64,000 bases of DNA from an uncultured Methanolobus sp. (GTDB taxonomy: Archaea; Halobacteriota; Methanosarcinia; Methanosarcinales; Methanosarcinaceae), in contig OY776215.1 in the NCBI GenBank assembly GCA_963675495.1, positions 128,001 to 192,000 of the forward strand. The letters are read 5' to 3'. Every line of letters starts with the position of its first letter. The stretch's first letter is position 1. Below, piece by piece: positions 61,960 through 64,000 of the stretch. Made by a program: the position numbers and the translations under genes. The notes under the pieces were generated by a model. The model ran no database searches. It had not been told where the DNA came from and was given only the letters and a program-made list of their open reading frames with translations.

Positions 61960-63052
61960 TAAAAATTATTTAGATAGTCCTCTTCTAAATGCGTTTTTTA
62001 TGCTTTACATCTACAAGAAAGTCACATACGTTTAGGGTGTTTTGTGCGCAACTCAAAGAGTGAGCTTTAAACTTAGTTTTATTAAATGTTGTGTTAATTA
62101 TTGACAATAACTTCTTTTTGAGACAAATTAACCAAGGAATAAATTCCCTACTATATGTACAGAGAGAACGTAAGCGTTCAATCTATGATTGTACGCTGGA
62201 GTTGGAACGGTAAGCACCCTCTTGGGTGTGAGGACGAAGGCAGCGACCCCTTCTTAGCCCTAAAACAGTTCGCTATAAGTGACTTTCATATTTTCCATCA
62301 CGTGAAAACCATCTACGCTTATATTATTTCTACTGGATTTTTAAGGCTAACTGATCAGTTTGAGACAAGTTCCTGACGTGTGCCACTTTCTTATTGTTTT
62401 ATCCCGCAGCTTTTTATTATTGAATCTACTTATCGTCCCTCGGTTTTATTGGTCAATGAAGATGCTTTTTCTACTGCACATGATTTACATATGATACTTA
62501 TAGAATACATGTATACGTTGAAGATACTTCAAGAGTGATTCTTTACTTAACTTGATAACATCTTTGCATTAAACTAAGTTTTTATAATGATATTTTTTTG
62601 GTTTGTGTTCTTTTCGAACTTATCCGGTGCTCGAACACAATTAATCTCGAGGATTTGCTCAGATGCCCACAGAGAGAAGATATTGTGGAATAGATGTGAG
62701 TCTACCATTTAGATGGAGTCGATTGAAATAGCTTTATTATTGAATATGTTTTACAATGTCTATTAATCTAAAGAAATTGTTAGCTTTTTTGCATCAACAC
62801 ACGTTTATACCTAAATTTTAAGAGTTGCTAATCTTAATAAGGAATGTAACTGTTATTTAGAATTGCAAGCTATATTGCAACTACAGTCACATGCTTTTAA
62901 CGTATGTGTTTTTTGAATTAATACCTTTAAGATATTTGATTTTGAAAAAGAAATGGACGATAAGGTTATGAATTGCCTATCAATCAAAAATCTGCATACC
63001 TTGAGTTCATAATAAAAGAAAATGTATTGTCTTGACGTATGGCATTTCTATT

Positions 63053-63303
63053 AATGTAGATACATTCTACGTACAAACTTTTTGCTTGTTGTTACAAATG
63101 TGTTAAGATTTAGTTGCAAATCAGTGGTAGATACCTTTAAATACTATTTAAAAAAGTACATTTACAATTAATTTATATGATGGTATGAATATCATTTTAG
63201 TGCTGTAAGAGCATAACCAACAATATCAATTAACAATCTCTAAAAATATAAAAGAAATTGGGCTCTGTAGAAACTCTCACTGTATAAAACATTATAGGTC
63301 CAA
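63053..63303 (-). repeat. Dispersed repeat copy 3 (inverted relative to copies 1 and 2)
   Basis: Reverse complement of the 41531-41795 blocks. Confidence 0.85.
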
Positions 63304-63387
63304 AAAATCGTAGCTTGTGATGCAAATGTTGAAACTTAATCTAATTTTCATATATATAAGTTGATTTGAGAGGTATTCTAGAGAGCC
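63261..63387. mobile_element. 127-bp MITE with IS5-like TIRs
   Basis: GGCTCTGTAGAA ... TTCTAGAGAGCC. Confidence 0.65.
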
Positions 63388-63462
63388 GGATTTTTGCCTA
63401 ATCATATGGTATCATGGATTACCTGCTTTCTGGAATTTTCACTCACAACATTGTACGAAATA

Positions 63463-64000
63463 TCAGTAAATGCTCTTGTTTTTTATCTTGGACTTTCTGT
63501 TATTTTTTTCGGCACGTCTGTCTAAATATTTCTCAAAATGCTCAGGATAACCTGATTCAATTTCATTTTCAAATGACTTTTCCAGCAGATATCTATTATC
63601 TCCAAGAAACCATCTATGATATAATGGATCTTCATTAACCATTTGTACTATTTCTGAATTGGCTAATTGTTGATTAAGATGTGATTTTAATACCGATCTA
63701 TTTCCTTCTTTTTTAGGAAGAACGTCATCAAAGATACCATCTTCATAAAAATCAGGGTTCATGATTACATTATTTAATTCCCCAAAAAGCTCTTTTACAA
63801 AAGACATAGAAGGCCTCACAGCATCGTTAATAAAAAGTACCTTATTTTGCATTTGAGTTGAGAACATGTTTCTGATATATGCAAATTTACTATTATCCGA
63901 TTTTAGTTTCAAAATCATTGCAACAGGATCTTTGATATGACTGACTTTCAAAACCTCTAATTCTGAATTTATTTTTAATTCTGCTTTTGAATATACGGTG
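63463..64000 (-). CDS. Hypothetical protein, C-terminal part (start probably outside window)
   Basis: Frame stays open to the window edge. Confidence 0.55.
   Translation of the reverse strand, partial: TVYSKAELKINSELEVLKVSHIKDPVAMILKLKSDNSKFAYIRNMFSTQMQNKVLFINDAVRPSMSFVKELFGELNNVIMNPDFYEDGIFDDVLPKKEGNRSVLKSHLNQQLANSEIVQMVNEDPLYHRWFLGDNRYLLEKSFENEIESGYPEHFEKYLDRRAEKNNRKSKIKNKSIY

Noticed and set aside
1-64000. Pyrrolysine (UAG) read-through
   Set aside because: The TAG-terminated genes I checked (serpin, tex, tusA, phosphatase) are complete or hit another stop within a few codons; no methylamine methyltransferase genes are present.

Overview
Chromosomal window from a methanogenic archaeon, most likely Methanosarcinaceae (Methanolobus/Methanococcoides-like). 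This is inferred from archaeal FEN-1, coenzyme F390 synthetase, a PGF-CTERM protein, a DUF2551-like gene and an A1-U72 tRNA-Gln. Housekeeping and metabolic genes (DEAD helicase, lrgAB, ppsA, fen, tex, ilvB, gamma-carbonic anhydrase, rnc, tusA-dsrE-iscS-iscU) are mixed with an accessory layer: IS5/IS903-like ends and MITEs, decayed viral genes, pseudogenes, surface lipoproteins, an octaheme cytochrome c and a PASTA-domain protein. The strongest signals missing from the ORF track are non-coding or very short. (1) A probably leaderless 22-codon uORF with five consecutive Val codons, alternative hairpins and a U-tract lies directly upstream of acetolactate synthase, giving a bacterial-style attenuator architecture in an archaeon (23817-23927). 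(2) A stand-alone ~250-nt structured RNA candidate has a terminal stem enclosing three repeated hairpin-UUCAG-hairpin modules (11532-11778). (3) Three paralogous short hairpin RNA candidates sit inside a decayed virus-like region (58480-59830). All calls were made by eye, with no database searches or folding software.
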